Source: Bigelowiella natans CCMP2755
Taxonomy: Eukaryota > Protista > Cercozoa
Direction of reading: 5' to 3'
Assembly: GCA_000320545.1 (NCBI GenBank)
Contig: ADNK01000910.1
Coordinates: 1-64,000, forward strand
Length of the DNA: 64,000 bases
Position numbers and translations under genes: made by a program
The notes under the pieces: model-generated
The model's input: only the letters and a program-made list of their open reading frames with translations
Told to the model about the DNA's origin: nothing
The model's database searches: none
Part shown: piece after piece, positions 12,959 to 26,888 of the stretch
Numbering within the stretch: position 1 is the first letter of the stretch
Layout: each line of letters opens with the position of its first letter

Positions 12959-14856
12959 ATTCTCCTCCTTGTTGTTGCTATTAGATCTGCATACAATACG
13001 TTTCCAGATCACATCCGGTGACCTGAAACAGTTGAAGCAGATATGCTCCGGTAAAGTAGGAAATATTACTGCCCAGATTCTGAGATCCAGCCATTATTGC
13101 ATACATTGTCGCCTCCATGCCTTTTATATACCACCAGCATACAGTTGGCTGATCTTAGTTGCCCAAACCGCATCATCTCCATCATCGTCATCGTCATCAT
13201 CGTCATCGTCATCATCACTACGATGTGCGGCACCATCAGCATAGTAGGCGTTGTTTTTAAACACCTTCATGGCAGAGGTGGGACATCAGTACGACACCAG
13301 GAATCCAGCCAAACTGCAAGACCTGAGAGAGTTGTTATCATCAATGCGTTGCAAAATGCTTGTATACATCAGCGTCGTCTGTCATTTGATCGATCAGCCA
13401 CCATTTGCATCAGAGCTTGAGATCCGAGCACGAAGAACTCATCGGGTATTCCCACCTGCAGTTATCACCATTTGAAGCTTTTACATTAGTAGTAGCATTG
13501 TTGCAAGTATTGTAATTACTAGTATCATTATCATTACTAATATTTTGTTTTTCTTTCTAAATTACGATAACACATAATCAACACAATGGTTCTATCTTCT
13601 ATGTTTCTTCGCAGTCGATGCTACTGCTGCTGCTGCTGTTGTTATAATTGCCGTTTTGAGTCCGATCACATCAGGGCTGCTTTCCAACATTACCAAGAGG
13701 TTCCATCGGAGAAACACCGCGCAGCTAATCAAGTTGACGAACGTCCACACCAAACCGTTTATCATGAATATCTTGCGATGACGGGCACAAAATATGATGT
13801 GGAATTCACAGTGGGGGGGGGGGGGGGGAGGTGAGATATTACGAGAAATGAACGGAATGAAAATCACAAGGGGTGTGTACGGTCTCATACACATTCAATT
13901 CCACGATAAATTTATGGATGCTACCGAAAGTAGTAGTTGAGGGCATTTCCGACCCAACTCATCGCAAATCCTTTTTGATGTTTGGAAAGATAGTCATGAC
14001 GACGACGACGATGATGACAATGATGATCACGATTGTGGGAGTAGAAGATAAGATTAAAGAGTTGCCGTATTGTGTTTGACAGACGAGTATATATCACGTG
14101 CATTATCATCATCACACCAATACCTTTCGTCAGATGTTGTATAATCACCAAGGCCACCAGGAGCTTCCCACCTAGAGAGCAGCAGCAGCAGCAGCAGCAA
14201 CAACAACACATCCATTACAGGCAAATCGAATAACACCCACCGCTCTTTCCTATTTGCTACTCTGGTATATATAACTACCATAATCTTCTTGCAGCATTTG
14301 GATCCACTTGATTCCCCTTCCAAATTTGCCGGAGCAGGAGGAAGTCTCGAGTTCGTGGCCACGGCCAGCAGCGTCACTTGCGCTCCCGAATTCAATCCCC
14401 ATTGATTTCTTAGAGTCGCTATTTAAGAGGGACTGATCCTAGAGTAAAGTGCAGGTAGCAGAGAGGAGATGTAAGCATGACCGTGCTTTCACGTGCACGT
14501 GCATCAACTTTGTTCTTATGCTTGTATGCGAATGTCTGTGCTACATACACGAGTGCAGTGCTATGCTTTTATTTTTTCAAAATGTTGACAAGTCTGGAAG
14601 CTCTTACTTCTTCCCCGCTTGATTTCCTGAACGCCGCTGAGTAGAAGGAAGGAGCAGGCTTTGGTGTGAAAAACAAACGGTCAGTCCAGCTCAAACGACG
14701 CTTGGAATTATTACGTAGGCGAATAACACCGATTGCTTTTGTAAGAAATTCCAAACAATTGGTGCCCTTAACCAAAAATGAAACCTGGGCCAATACCTGG
14801 AGAAGATGTTGGTCATCACCAGCTTCAGACTCCCCTCCATCAAGGCGGAGGGACAT
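12606..14856 (-). CDS. Folate-biopterin transporter (BT1/FBT family, MFS-like); central transmembrane exons absent (deleted allele, pseudogene or assembly gap)
   Basis: Exons GGKLLVALVIIQHLTKG|FAMSWVGNALNYYFR, then IFMINGLVW...FLRWNLL|VGIPDEFFVLGSQ|...WIPGVVLMSHLCHEG|MEATMYAIMAGSQNLG|VQPSGAKDEADQFENLW|...LPYLIPDARPDEKLVNHQIN*, which are typical BT1 motifs. Confidence 0.8.
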
Positions 14857-15090
14857 TGTCCCGGTTCCACGTGGCCTGGTGTCGTCGTTAGGAGCTCCTT
14901 TTCCCTCGGAACATAAATAACAAACTAGCCGCAAAATTATAGCAAGTCGCAGGGATGGAATCTAGACTATTTCCAAAAAATATTCAGAACATTTTTGTCC
15001 CCGAGATCATCCGAAAACACTGCAAGTGTCTTGCAACACTTTGGAAATGTAGTTTTTCAGTTTCATTGTTTCAACATCGTGAAGTTAGAA

Positions 15091-15840
15091 CGTTGCAAAG
15101 GGTCCAAGCGTTGTTTTTGGTCTGCACGATGCATGGAGCCAAAAGCTAGAATTGACAATCGGGTGAAGCGTGCATGTGTGCACAGACCGCGATGAGCCTC
15201 TCAATGTCGCTTGATGATGTTGCCCCCAGCTAGCAGTGTGCAAACAAACCTGCTAGGTCGTGCCACTACTGCACAAGTGGCGGATGCATCTCTAGATGTG
15301 ATGGAATAGATCTGCTGCTTGGGTCGCGCAGCCCAGCTAGCCAGGCAATGTGGCCAGCTAGCCAGGCCAGCAGGACGAGTTCACGTTGCCAATTCGCGAT
15401 GCAAAGGAGAGCAAAGTGACATCGACCGGCACATCCGGCCAGGTGTGCTGCGCAGGTCGACACTCGATGCAGAGCGAACGACAGTGATGACAATGAGGAA
15501 CGCACACAACAACGTGCAACACAGCATGCTCGCATGTCTGGATGTGATGCTCTGAGCTGCTCCAGTGTTGCGAGCGCAGCCCTAGCTCGCTAGCTCGTGC
15601 GTCAATACCAGAATGAGCTGCGCAGCGAACGCAATGTGCGACTCTGCACTCATGCCACGCTGCTAGCTAGCTTCAGCAGAACTGCTCATGATGGAGTGGT
15701 TGCAAGTCATTGCTGTGTCACAACTGCACACGTGATCAAGAGATCAAATCCACACACGTGATCAAGAGGTCAAATCCATATTTTGACACATGCGCAACAA
15801 ACGCATGCTGGCATGCGCAGCAAATGAACGTCGATCGTCC
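15091..15840. other. TpA-depleted, CTAG-rich intergenic tract directly after the AsnRS stop codon
   Basis: Hand count: 14 TpA in 750 bp, 10 of them inside CTAG. Confidence 0.9.
15727..15778 (+). repeat. 26-bp tandem duplication inside a TpA-depleted tract
   Basis: cacacgtgatcaagag[a/g]tcaaatcca x2. Confidence 0.9.
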
Positions 15841-17142
15841 TTAAAAGTCGATCGAGCCCTGAACACGTGGGAACGGCACGACGTCGCGTATGTTCTCAAC
15901 CCCAGTCACAACCTAAATGAAAATGGCAAAACAAATCAGCGAGCCGCCGTTCTAGCGCAAGGAACCTTACAAATCTATGAAGAGCATTTTCTCTTCCCAA
16001 CTTTATCAATGAGGAGATATGAAAACTCTGGCCACCTGCACAAGCCGGTCGAAGCCAACTCCAAAACCGCTGTGAGGAATGCTCCTGGAACATCGACGGG
16101 AAAATCAGGATAAACGACGATGGCGATGGCGGCGGCGGCGGCGAAAATAGTTATTTGGTTGAAAATGTTCAATTTGAACAAAAGATAAGGCATCGTTTTC
16201 TTGTTCTCATTTTCTTCTAATATCTTCTCGGCTACGACACATTTAATTTCTACTATTGCTGCTTCTATTGCTACTTCACTACTACTACCACTACGACTAC
16301 CCAAATCGCCGGAGATCAAGATACCATCCATACTGCTCCTCGTCTAATCCAACTTCTTCAATGCGACGACGCAGTACACTCAGCCTTTCCTCTCTCTGGC
16401 TTCCCCCCACCACCTCTCCGAGACCTGGCATCAAGATGTCAAATGCTGCTACTGTCGTCTTGTTCACGGCACCAGCAGTGTTATTGCTGCTGCCTCTATT
16501 TGATGATATATCTCCTTCGGAGTTAACTCGCATGTAAAACGCCTTGAGATCCTAGGCGATGGAGGAAAGATAGAGAGGGAGGGGGGGAGGGGGGGGGGGA
16601 GCAGCGCCGTTATGAAACTTCAAATAACCGACCCTTGCCTGTCGCTCACTAGTATATCATAAGGATCCCATGAAAACGAGTATCAGTCTCGTAGAAATCA
16701 TCGGTAGTATGAACCCAGAATCGTTACGTGTATAGCTCATTTGCTACTAGTTGTTACAGAACTACTGCTGCTCTTGCTACTGCTAGTGCTACAGCAGCAT
16801 CATCATCAACAACAACTGCTACTACTAATACTACTACTTTCGGGTAGTCTGTAATGGCTAGGGGAGAGCTGAAAACATCCTCAGCCAAGAATCTATTGAT
16901 GCATACAGACAATGAATACACACGTATTCTCAAAAGGAAAGGTGCTGTGTAGAGAGCAAGAGAAGCGAAAGAGAAGGAGAGGGGTCAGAGAAGGGGGGGG
17001 GGTAGAGAAAATGGTGTTCTTGCTTGAGAACCTTTCGTGCTCGGTTTTCAGATCCATTCCCCACCGAATCGGCTCGGAGAATTTTCTAAGAATGGTAGGT
17101 AGAGAGATAATTAAAAATAAATCATCAAAATAGAGTATATAC

Positions 17143-17205
<63 letters not shown>

Positions 17206-17312
17206 TAATGCCTTTTGGTCGTCTTCTGAAGGAGATCAATGGCCTCTGTGTACGTAATTCTTGCAACCCTTCCAGCTGCTGTATTTATTGTCCATGCAAT
17301 CAGTATGTAAAT

Positions 17313-17357
<45 letters not shown>

Positions 17358-17661
17358 AGTGTGTGTGTGCATCACAAAGCACAATTAGCAGAGGTGAGAC
17401 ACTAATAAACACACACGTCTTCTCTCAAAACAAGCATTCAACTCCATCACCAACAAGCCACGAACCCAGTGTGCGGAGGCGCTCTGGTAGCTTTGCATCG
17501 ACAAACTTTGCGAAAAATTGCACCTCCTCCGGGCACCGTTCTATCACCTATTGGGAATTTATGTAAAATTAGATAACTTAGGACGAACCAATTCTTCCAA
17601 CCAAACACATGATAGCCCCTGCCAAACTTTCACACAGTTGCACAGGGAGAGGTAGGACAGA

Positions 17662-17703
<42 letters not shown>

Positions 17704-18467
17704 CCAAAATAGAGATTCATGCCGACACGGTGGCAGGTAGAAGTAACACCGTTTTCGCGACAGATTGCAGCAGTTGTACAGCGAGATCTAAGCACTGATC
17801 CATGTTTGCAAAGGCCATCTCGGGCTCAACCATCCAGAACTCCGCCAAATGCCGTCCTTGAATACCGGCGAAAGTAAAAAGTAACATCAATGATATATGA
17901 GACTACATCGAGATTTCACTGAGAAAGAAAAAGAAAGAGGTACGTATCTGCAGTGGGTCTCAGGATGAATTTGGCCAATATCCTGCCTTCCTTTGCATTT
18001 CTTTTGAAGAAACTACCTGTGTGTGAATTCTCCGCGCGGAAAGTGGGGCCGAAAGCATAACAGTCGCCGATTCCACAGCAATACGCCTGGTGTTATGTTT
18101 AGTTTATTTTATACCCTTAGCATACGTTCAGATGGTTTCTCCCCCGTGCGTGTGGGCCATCATACCTCCAGGTTGAGCTGCCCCGACACTGTAAGGTAGG
18201 CAGCCTGTCCGAAGAAATGAGTTTTCTTCTTAATTTTGCGCTCATGCCCTCCAGCTGCAGCCTCAGAGATGTTCTTGGTCATGATCTTCGTCGTTGTCGT
18301 GAAGGTGGGAGCAGAGGAGGAGGAGGAGGAGGAGGAGGAGGAGGAGGAGAGGAGGAGGAGACGCAAGGTGCCAAGCTATCAGGGCTCTTTTGGTCTACGA
18401 CGAACGCCTCGCCAGCACCCTGATCATTTTAGATATGATAATATCGATTACGGTCCTGATGACGAGA

Positions 18468-18502
<35 letters not shown>

Positions 18503-20936
18503 ATGCATGGTTGCTGATGATGACAGAATATATGTTTGAATGATCCCCACATCCCGTTTCATTGGTTTCTATTCTTGACGATATTTGTTGGAATCTCCAA
18601 GGATTTTGTCCAGAGCAATGCCTTTAACATAAATCATTGACTGCATCGTAATCTACGAGCCTGTCTGTGCATGTCGCAGGTTGATAGATATTGCAGCTAT
18701 ATAGCTTAAGATCGCTAATAATACCTCACAATCCGACTTCGTGATGATCGGTGTGTGAACGTACCTTGACAACACGTAGAAGAAGAAGAAGAAGAAGAAG
18801 AAGAAGAAGAAATATGTATATAGAGGGAACAGTGATGCTCGTCTCGCTATACAATCGATAAGTTCTCGCATTGTGCGCATAGCTCTATCTACAGGCTGGC
18901 GAAAATATGCGGTCAATATGGCTAAGAGGGCCACCTGAATCCATTTTCTTGTAAGAAATTGTGGATGTGGAGAGCGACGATGCTTCGAACACGTGCTACG
19001 GCACCGCCAAGATTTGACCGCGGCCTATTTTATATAACATAGAAGCACGATATTTAAGCACTACACAAGTGATTTTACCGATGGTCTTCAGTCCGAGGCA
19101 GGGCTTGCAACTTCATCTGCCCGCATTTGTTTGAAGTCTTTTCACCGCTCCTCTCCTTCTTCATATTCTTCTCCCATCATCACCATGATCATCATCATAG
19201 CCATCTCCCCCCCCCCTTCCCCAACCGTGTTCTATACTACTACCGGAGATGAGCAATTGTTCTAAGGTATTCCATGGAGTGCCTCTTTTTTGCCAGAGGA
19301 TAAGGAAGCGTCTTTGGCAATGCTGATGACCCGTCACCATTGTTTTCGTCCCCGAGCAAACCTCCTATTATTTCCACCGAGTGTGCGTGCAGTTCATACT
19401 GCTGGCGAGTCGTCGGAGACCTGCCTTCGCATTTCCCTGCTGCTGCTGTTAATGTTGATGTTGTTGTTGTTGTTGTGTTACACTTGCTGCTCCCAAAGGA
19501 TGGAACTATCTCGCCTGTGATAGTAGCAGCGAGGAGTAAAAGAGTAACCAGGCAAAGAGTAAACACGAATATCGAGAAACGAGAACGGCGAATCGACAGC
19601 ATGTTCATAATTTGTCTACTAGCACCACCTTTTACTGCTATTGAGGCGCCAGTACCAGCGATTCCTTCGCAAATCTTGTCATAGTTTTCACATCTGCCCC
19701 TCTCGAAGACCACCTAATACAAACACGTGTTTTGCAGTTTTGGGCGCTATTATCATCATCCATTATCTTTTAACCATTATCATCCTCGCCCTCTTAACCA
19801 TCAGCAGTAGCAGCATCATTCAAAAAAGGGGAAAATGAAATGTGAAGTGGGTAATCTTCGTCCGAACCCAAATTCAAAATTGGCACATGGCGGCGTCTTA
19901 GGCGAAACCACCTGCAAGTTGTCGCAGCATGACCCGTCAGATAGATGGACAAATGTGAGATTTCCTTTGCCTTGAATACGGACATAACGATGCGTAAATA
20001 GATATAAACTGCCTTACATAAACTACGTGCCAGGATGTATTTGTGAGCAATCAGCCTACGTTGCTGACTGTTTGATATGAAGATCCTCTCCATTCTCTAC
20101 CCCCCATTGTTCCCTCCTATCAGCTCACCTTGGATACGACGACTTCGGATCCAGCCTTTCACGACGAGGGCCTCCTTGATGAACAACGCAGTTGAGGAAA
20201 CAAGTATCAAAAGGCAATCAGAAAGATCCCGAACGAATATGGTATAGCTAGCTGCTATTGTGGCACGCTTTTTGAAATTAGGACATGCGGAATGGTAATG
20301 TATCAACTCCGTCATAACTAAGTTTATCCTGCTGCTAGAGGAGATAGTGGTGTCCATCTTATTGATATATGAAGAACATATATGAAAACCGTACTCGCGT
20401 GTCGGCAAAGCGGGAGGCATTTTCAAGGCATCTCTTAAGCAGCACACGGCCTCCTACACCGCTCAAGCATTGTCGGATCATCTGTGGATCCTTCGGGGAA
20501 GAGGATAGGGCGTGGGTGGCAGACAGTGGCGAGCTCTGGGTGGAATGAAAGACGTCAGTGCCACGATGAAAACGATGCTTTAAAATCACAGTCCTACCAG
20601 TCGAGCACGCTCAAGCTGCGATGAGACAATAGTCGCATCAACATCAGGGACGTTAGAACATCTTTCGGATTGGCTGCAGCCTCCCCTCAGCCTGTGAGCC
20701 CAGTGCCGTCTCCTGGACCTTCTCGTTCCGAGTTGTGAATCCAGCGATCTGAGGTGTTGTTGTTGTTTGCCGCATTGTGTCAATTCCCCATCAAGGACGC
20801 ACATGCTGTTCACCTACTTTGATAGCCTAGCCGAGCTGTTGAGATTCGAGAGGCGCTTGGCATGGTCTGTGTAGTTTTGGGCCAGGAGGAACAGCACGAG
20901 CAGGGGGAGGGCAACCAGGGTTGAAGCCGCCCGCAT
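15841..20936 (-). CDS. asnS: Asparaginyl-tRNA synthetase, bacterial/organellar type, with signal peptide + transit-like leader
   Basis: [37 protein letters not shown]|[17 protein letters not shown]|[35 protein letters not shown]|[49 protein letters not shown]|[15 protein letters not shown]|[15 protein letters not shown]...DF* (TAA 15841-15843). N-terminus [19 protein letters not shown]. Confidence 0.95.
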
Positions 20937-21365
20937 GCGGGTCCTCGGCAGGAGGTAGGTCTGGGATATGCTGTAGATGTTTCCCGCATAAAATATGGTC
21001 TAATATATCTTTGACACTCGAAAAGGATGTTCCTCCGATGAAAATCGTTCAGAAATGTCCGGTGCTCCAAAACTCACCAACACCGCCTTGATTATTTGGG
21101 CTAAATTCTTAAATTTATCGGGTCCCCGTAGCCAAGTGACTCGATTTTCTGGGTTCCGGAACCCGATGGTACTTTTCGATATTTCTGGCTTGGAAATGTG
21201 CCCAATGCATATCCAAGAAATAGTGAAATACTGAATCACATGCCGTTTCCCCTTGAAGACAACAAATTTAGTGGAAATTATCGGGTTTTCCGCCTTTGCG
21301 AGATACCGACCTCCTCAAAGCTCATAATTCAAGTCTCACCTGCCTCGACTCTGCCCTCTTCACAG
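20937..21365. promoter_or_regulatory. Probable bidirectional promoter between asnS and the PAF-AH-like gene
   Basis: Short divergent intergenic region with A/T tracts mixed with TCCG/CCGG/CCCG words; similar composition at 28875-29509, 33273-33701 and 45149-45797. Confidence 0.55.
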
Positions 21366-22409
21366 ATGGCGCTGCTCTATTCAAAGAAATTCATGCTAGG
21401 AATAAGCGCGATGACTCTCATTACATCTGCGGCCTCTGTCTATCTCTTTCCCCGGATTACGCTTTCGATGTAGCATTGATTTCTTCATCCTTCACTGGCC
21501 TGACCCAGTCGCCACACTCATCTCCTCCTCATGAATGTAACTTAGAGCCGGCACAGGGTGGTTTCTACTCTTCTCTGCTTGGAAAAACGATGTGCAGGAA
21601 AAGGCGAAGGAATTTACGTCTACGAGCCCACGGTTCGACAAAGGTAGTGAGGCTGCGAAAAGTGTGTGTCAAAATAATACCTTGTTGAAGGAAATTGTGA
21701 CTTTTAGCATATACACACAACAGTGTCATACCGACATGTCCGAATTCCGAAATCGGTCTCGTACAGGATATTCTTCCCCGCGCATACAGAACACGAGCGC
21801 TTCCAAAGAATGGTTCAACGAAAAACAACCCAGCGAATATCGCCTTGCGATGTTGTCATGTCGACGTCATGTTCTAACAATCGTCCATCATAGGCCGGGT
21901 CTTGGTTCCACAGTAGTTTCGCTGAAATGGTTTACGGGTGAATCATTCTTAGAACCGCATAGCTTGGATGAATACACTTATTTATTCGGTTTTTGTTTTC
22001 CCCTCCCTCCTTGCTTCTTTGATGTAAAAACAAGCATCAGCGCATCTCAACTCTGATTTACTGTGTATTCCCAGCTACGCCCAGCTTGCACTGCCGAGAT
22101 CGATGAGCCCTGTACGTTCATCATATGTAACACACGTCGATCAACACAATGCATAGAACAAATATATTGGTGCGAAAGCAGCAGGCTCAGTACCCTGAGA
22201 AGAGGTTTAGATGCGCTCTCCTTTTTCCACCCTCAGGAGGAGTCTATCTGGGGCCTCTCTATTTTGTTCGTGCTGAAAGGCATCGCGCTGCTAGTCCCTA
22301 CGTCGTACTTATCAGTTCCCAATCTCATTAAGGTTTTCTTGTTGAAATCAGTCCATCAACAGCTATCATACATAAACGTATACACAGAAGAAGGGGGGAG
22401 AGGAACTTG

Positions 22410-22460
<51 letters not shown>

Positions 22461-22812
22461 TGATCGATGATTATCCTATTATTCGGTATAGGGCGCTCCT
22501 GCAGCCACCCTGATATCATCTTCAATTGTCGGTAAAAGCAACAAGAAGGAGGATGATAAAAGCGCTGACGAGAAACACTCGTCTACATCATCATCATCGT
22601 CATCGAAGGGCCAACAACTACCGGTTGTGGTATTCTCTCACGGACTAACAGGAACGGCAGAGGAGCACACGCTGGTACAATATATGATGAACTACTACCA
22701 CCACTACTACTACTACTACTACTTACTAGTATTAGTGTGAAGGAGGAGGATTTTCATAGCCGAATTTAAAGATAACTCCGCATCAATCCTCTTTCATTAT
22801 TACTCTGAAAAT

Positions 22813-22850
<38 letters not shown>

Positions 22851-23032
22851 TGTCAACTTTAACATCTCCAATCACCGCACTACTATGGTGTATTGTGTGG
22901 GGGCTGCTGGTTTTCACTTTTGTATAATCATCCGTTGATCGATCAGATGTTCTCCGAGATAGCACGAGCAGGCTATATAGTCGCTGCTTGCCATCATGAG
23001 GATGGCTCCTCTTCCAGAGTCATAAAGGTAGT

Positions 23033-23113
<81 letters not shown>

Positions 23114-24312
23114 CCACTTAAGATGCGCCATCACCATCATCATCATCATCATGCGATCTTCTCTTTGAGCATCAATCGATGGAATAGTGTAGTTCAAAAT
23201 ACTACTACTCATTCTTGCCTTTCGCACTGTGCCGAGGAATCAACGGCTAGACCTACTTTGAAGCCCTCCTCCCCCTCACCCTCCCTACCGATCCATCTTT
23301 TCTCTCCAGGAAAACGGAAAGGCCGCCTACTTCGATACTCCCGACTATGCTAACGGCGTATCGACTGATTTTCGGGCTAATCAGGTGTCGTAATTGCGAG
23401 AAAGACCGTCTCCTCTCCCTTGGTTTTCTGTTGTCTTCTATCAGTACGATTTGAGCGAAACAGGCACACCATAAAGATGTTATTCGGCCCTCACTCACGC
23501 ACGCACACACGCACACAGATCCTGAAGCGCAGGCAGGAACTGGAAAGCGTTCGTAGGCACGTCCTCAAGGTTGGAAAAGAGTCGCTCACTACTACTGCTT
23601 CTGCTGCTACCACTGCTGCTGCGACTTCTACTACTATACTACTACTACTACTACCGCCATCATCATCATCATTTGACGAGCACTGAGAGAAACTTGAACA
23701 TTTCCTCATCGTAGCTGCAGTTGCGGAATGGCAGAAGTTAGTTTGATGGAAGGTGCGGGAAGTGCTACGGGAGAGGGGTGTTCGCCTTCGTCCACAGCAT
23801 GCCCCCTCTGCATTATGATATCACATAGGAGAGCGCCTCTGACATTCAAGAGTTGATGGATACAACCAAAGTGATCTTGGCAGGATTTAGGTCATAGGCA
23901 CGCTGAATTACATGCGCTCGAAGTGATGGTTATTAGCGTTGCTACGGGGGAGTCCCAATCAACCCCCCCCCCCCCCCCCTCCTATCAAAGTCCTCCACAT
24001 CTGTATTTGTCCATTTCGAGAGAGCTGTCTGAAAATTCTTACATGTAATGAATGATACATGCTTATCACTAGCTACGGCGCTGCTACTGCTGCACTAGAA
24101 TCAGTGACGAATAAGGAGCAATATCTGGCTGTCGTCTTATGGGACGGTCACGTAAAATTGAATCTTTGAGCCAAAAACAACAAACGAGAGAAAGAGAGAT
24201 ATGACATTCCTCTCGATTCGTCAAGACAACAGAGTTCTTTGTAGCAACAAATCCCTAGTTTTCCCGAACGAACGCCTAAAATCTTTTGACTTATGCATAC
24301 TAAACACACACA

Positions 24313-24362
<50 letters not shown>

Positions 24363-24396
24363 TCTATATATAAATACATATATGCATGCATAATTT

Positions 24397-24436
<40 letters not shown>

Positions 24437-25570
24437 ACATGATATACTTTATGCTCGCATGCAACCATCGTAGGTTGGTACCATGTGGATTTAAGATACC
24501 TAGAGACCCGAGGAATAAAGCTCAACGGCAGATCACGCTTTGATTTCCCAGAGAAGGCTCACAAGGATGGTCTTATATTGTACTTTTTACAATGCATAAC
24601 AGCAAATTCAGCGATCTTCCTTTCTACCCCTCCCCCCCCCCTTTCTTCCTTATTATCAGGAATACAACACCCCGCACTATTCATCGGGAGCACACAGTTT
24701 GCTGCATGGCCGCCCTTGGGTCGGTTTTTGGTCTTCCTTTCATATTACACGATAGATCCGTGTTTTGGAGCAATATATTGGATGATGATGATGAGGAGGA
24801 TAATGATGATGATTATAATGATGATTATGATGATGATCGTGATGATGATGACGATGACGTTGTCCATTTTTCCTTTCACCCCAAAACCAATGAACTACAG
24901 CGGAAGCAACATCACAACTTATTGCCACCGCCTCGGAGAAAAAGGCCATTGTCCTCGATTCATCGACGCATGAGCAGTAATTACTGAGAGCACCAAATAT
25001 GCAACGCATACAATCGAAAGAAACACGGATGCGATTTAATTCTTAGGGTTTTTCCATAAGCGACCATCCATCAAACCTGTAAAGACTACTGAAAGAATAT
25101 CGATGACTTTTATATGCGACATATAGCTAGTATCCGCATTGCAGCACACAACCCCCTACTACGGAACTTTGCACACCCTCGTTCTGTTTTAAGCATTAAA
25201 TCGTGGGGGGGGTAAGTGGAAGGCTCTGGGTATCAATCTAAATTTGCTGTTATTCCTAGCTTCACCGAGGTTCCTTTCTGGATCCCTTCTTTCATAACCG
25301 CGGGTGCGCTACTTTAACACATTATTTAGATGCGGTGGTGAATATCTACGCTCTCTCGCTCTCTCCCTCCTCTCTCTCTTTAACGATCCACGCCTTACTG
25401 TTTTCGTAGCCAATGCCTTTTGCTTTCTTTTTCGTCTGGAGAAGATACTGATATGTTCTATGAATAATGCGCCCATAGCTCTCAGCAAGTACGGAGGGTC
25501 AGGGCACCTAAGAAACCTAAGAAGAATCAGGGAAGAAACGGTAGCATTTCTGGATACAATAACATCGTAG
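21366..25570 (+). CDS. PAF-acetylhydrolase-like alpha/beta hydrolase
   Basis: LPVVVFSHGLTG, EIARAGYIVAACHHEDGSS, nucleophile elbow LAGFS|YGAATA, VVLWD|GW, PALFIGS; hydrophobic N-terminus MALLYSKKFMLGISAMTLITSAASVYLFP; ends ...VAFLDTITS*. Confidence 0.85.
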
Positions 25571-26210
25571 ATGAACTATCATTAGCACGTTATCTTTGTC
25601 ATTAGTTCAGCATTGCATGCAGACATCATATAAATTAAAGCAGTCGCAACTATCTCAATCATATGATCGAGCTTGCGCGCTAATACTCTGTTCTTGATGG
25701 CATGGCACGCGAACATAACATGCCATCTAATGATCGAATAAAGGCATGAAACAGTGCGAACCACAACTTGAAGTCATTTGCAGCATGGCAATGCCTAGAC
25801 ACCACAGCGCATGACATCGATTGATCAATGAAGCAGAACAAATTGGAACCTCAAATATTCATTCAGCACTTATTGTACATGCTATCTGGGAAGCTATTCA
25901 CTGTATGCGTAGCGTCGTTACATTATACATCTCGGCCAGGACTACATAATTTAAGACTGAAATAATGATAGCAGCGCCGAGCACTTACAGGCCGCCATGT
26001 GCAGCCAATGCGAATTTAATCCGGATTATGCAGCCAAATAGACACCTTCTCTTCATGAATGCTGCACGAACATGTGAATGAATCGCGACTGCAAAGGATA
26101 TGTAGACTGACCACACTACATGACTAAGTACGCATAATAACCGCGCGTCAATTAAAAATTATCATTTCTCAGTAACTCTACCCTCCCTTATCGAGGGCTG
26201 TCATCTTCGA

Positions 26211-26532
26211 TCATTCCTCTGCATCTTCACTAAGGCCCCAACTTAGATGCACGAGGCGGTCTGCGAGGAGCTGCGTAGGATCGATGAGCTTTTTGCTCGT
26301 CTTCGGCTTCATCAAAGGAAACTCTGTGCAGCCCAGAAGCACGTTCTCTGCGTAGAGCGAGGGGGGTGAGGGTATAAAGGGGGTTGTAGTTCAGAAGGTG
26401 ATGAAAGGGAACATGTTTCTCGAAAATGATGTCGCGATCGAGGGCAGAAAGGAGTGTATATGATGAACTATTTTCCCCCGTCTTCTTGTCGGCATTGGCG
26501 GCATTATGGCGTGTCACAAGCAAGCTCGCATG

Positions 26533-26591
<59 letters not shown>

Positions 26592-26853
26592 CTTTCTTTC
26601 CCTTACTCCCCCTCCCCGCTGATGGCGGAACCCTACTGCATCATTACCTCCATCGAAGGAATCTACGATAGTCTGAAAGAGATCCTGCACCTGCTTGTTT
26701 TCCGGGCCCTTAGTCTTGATCAGCTCAAGCGCTTGCTGCTGCATGTCGCGCACCTCGCCTGAGGAAGGGGGAAGGGGCCAGGGGCAATGTCAGATTTTCA
26801 CCTCGGTAATGCTTCTCTATTGTATGCTGTTCGCTAAGAACCGCGAAAGACAC

Positions 26854-26888
<35 letters not shown>

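Noticed and set aside
15266-15555. ORFs inside the TpA-depleted tracts (also 56666-57280)
   Set aside because: Loss of TA removes TAA and most TAG stops, so open frames arise passively; the products have no recognisable features.
20578-20597. Possible 20-nt nucleomorph-like intron in asnS (gtaggactgtgattttaaag)
   Set aside because: A longer intron from the same donor to ccacag|ATG is equally in frame and more typical; it cannot be decided without cDNA.
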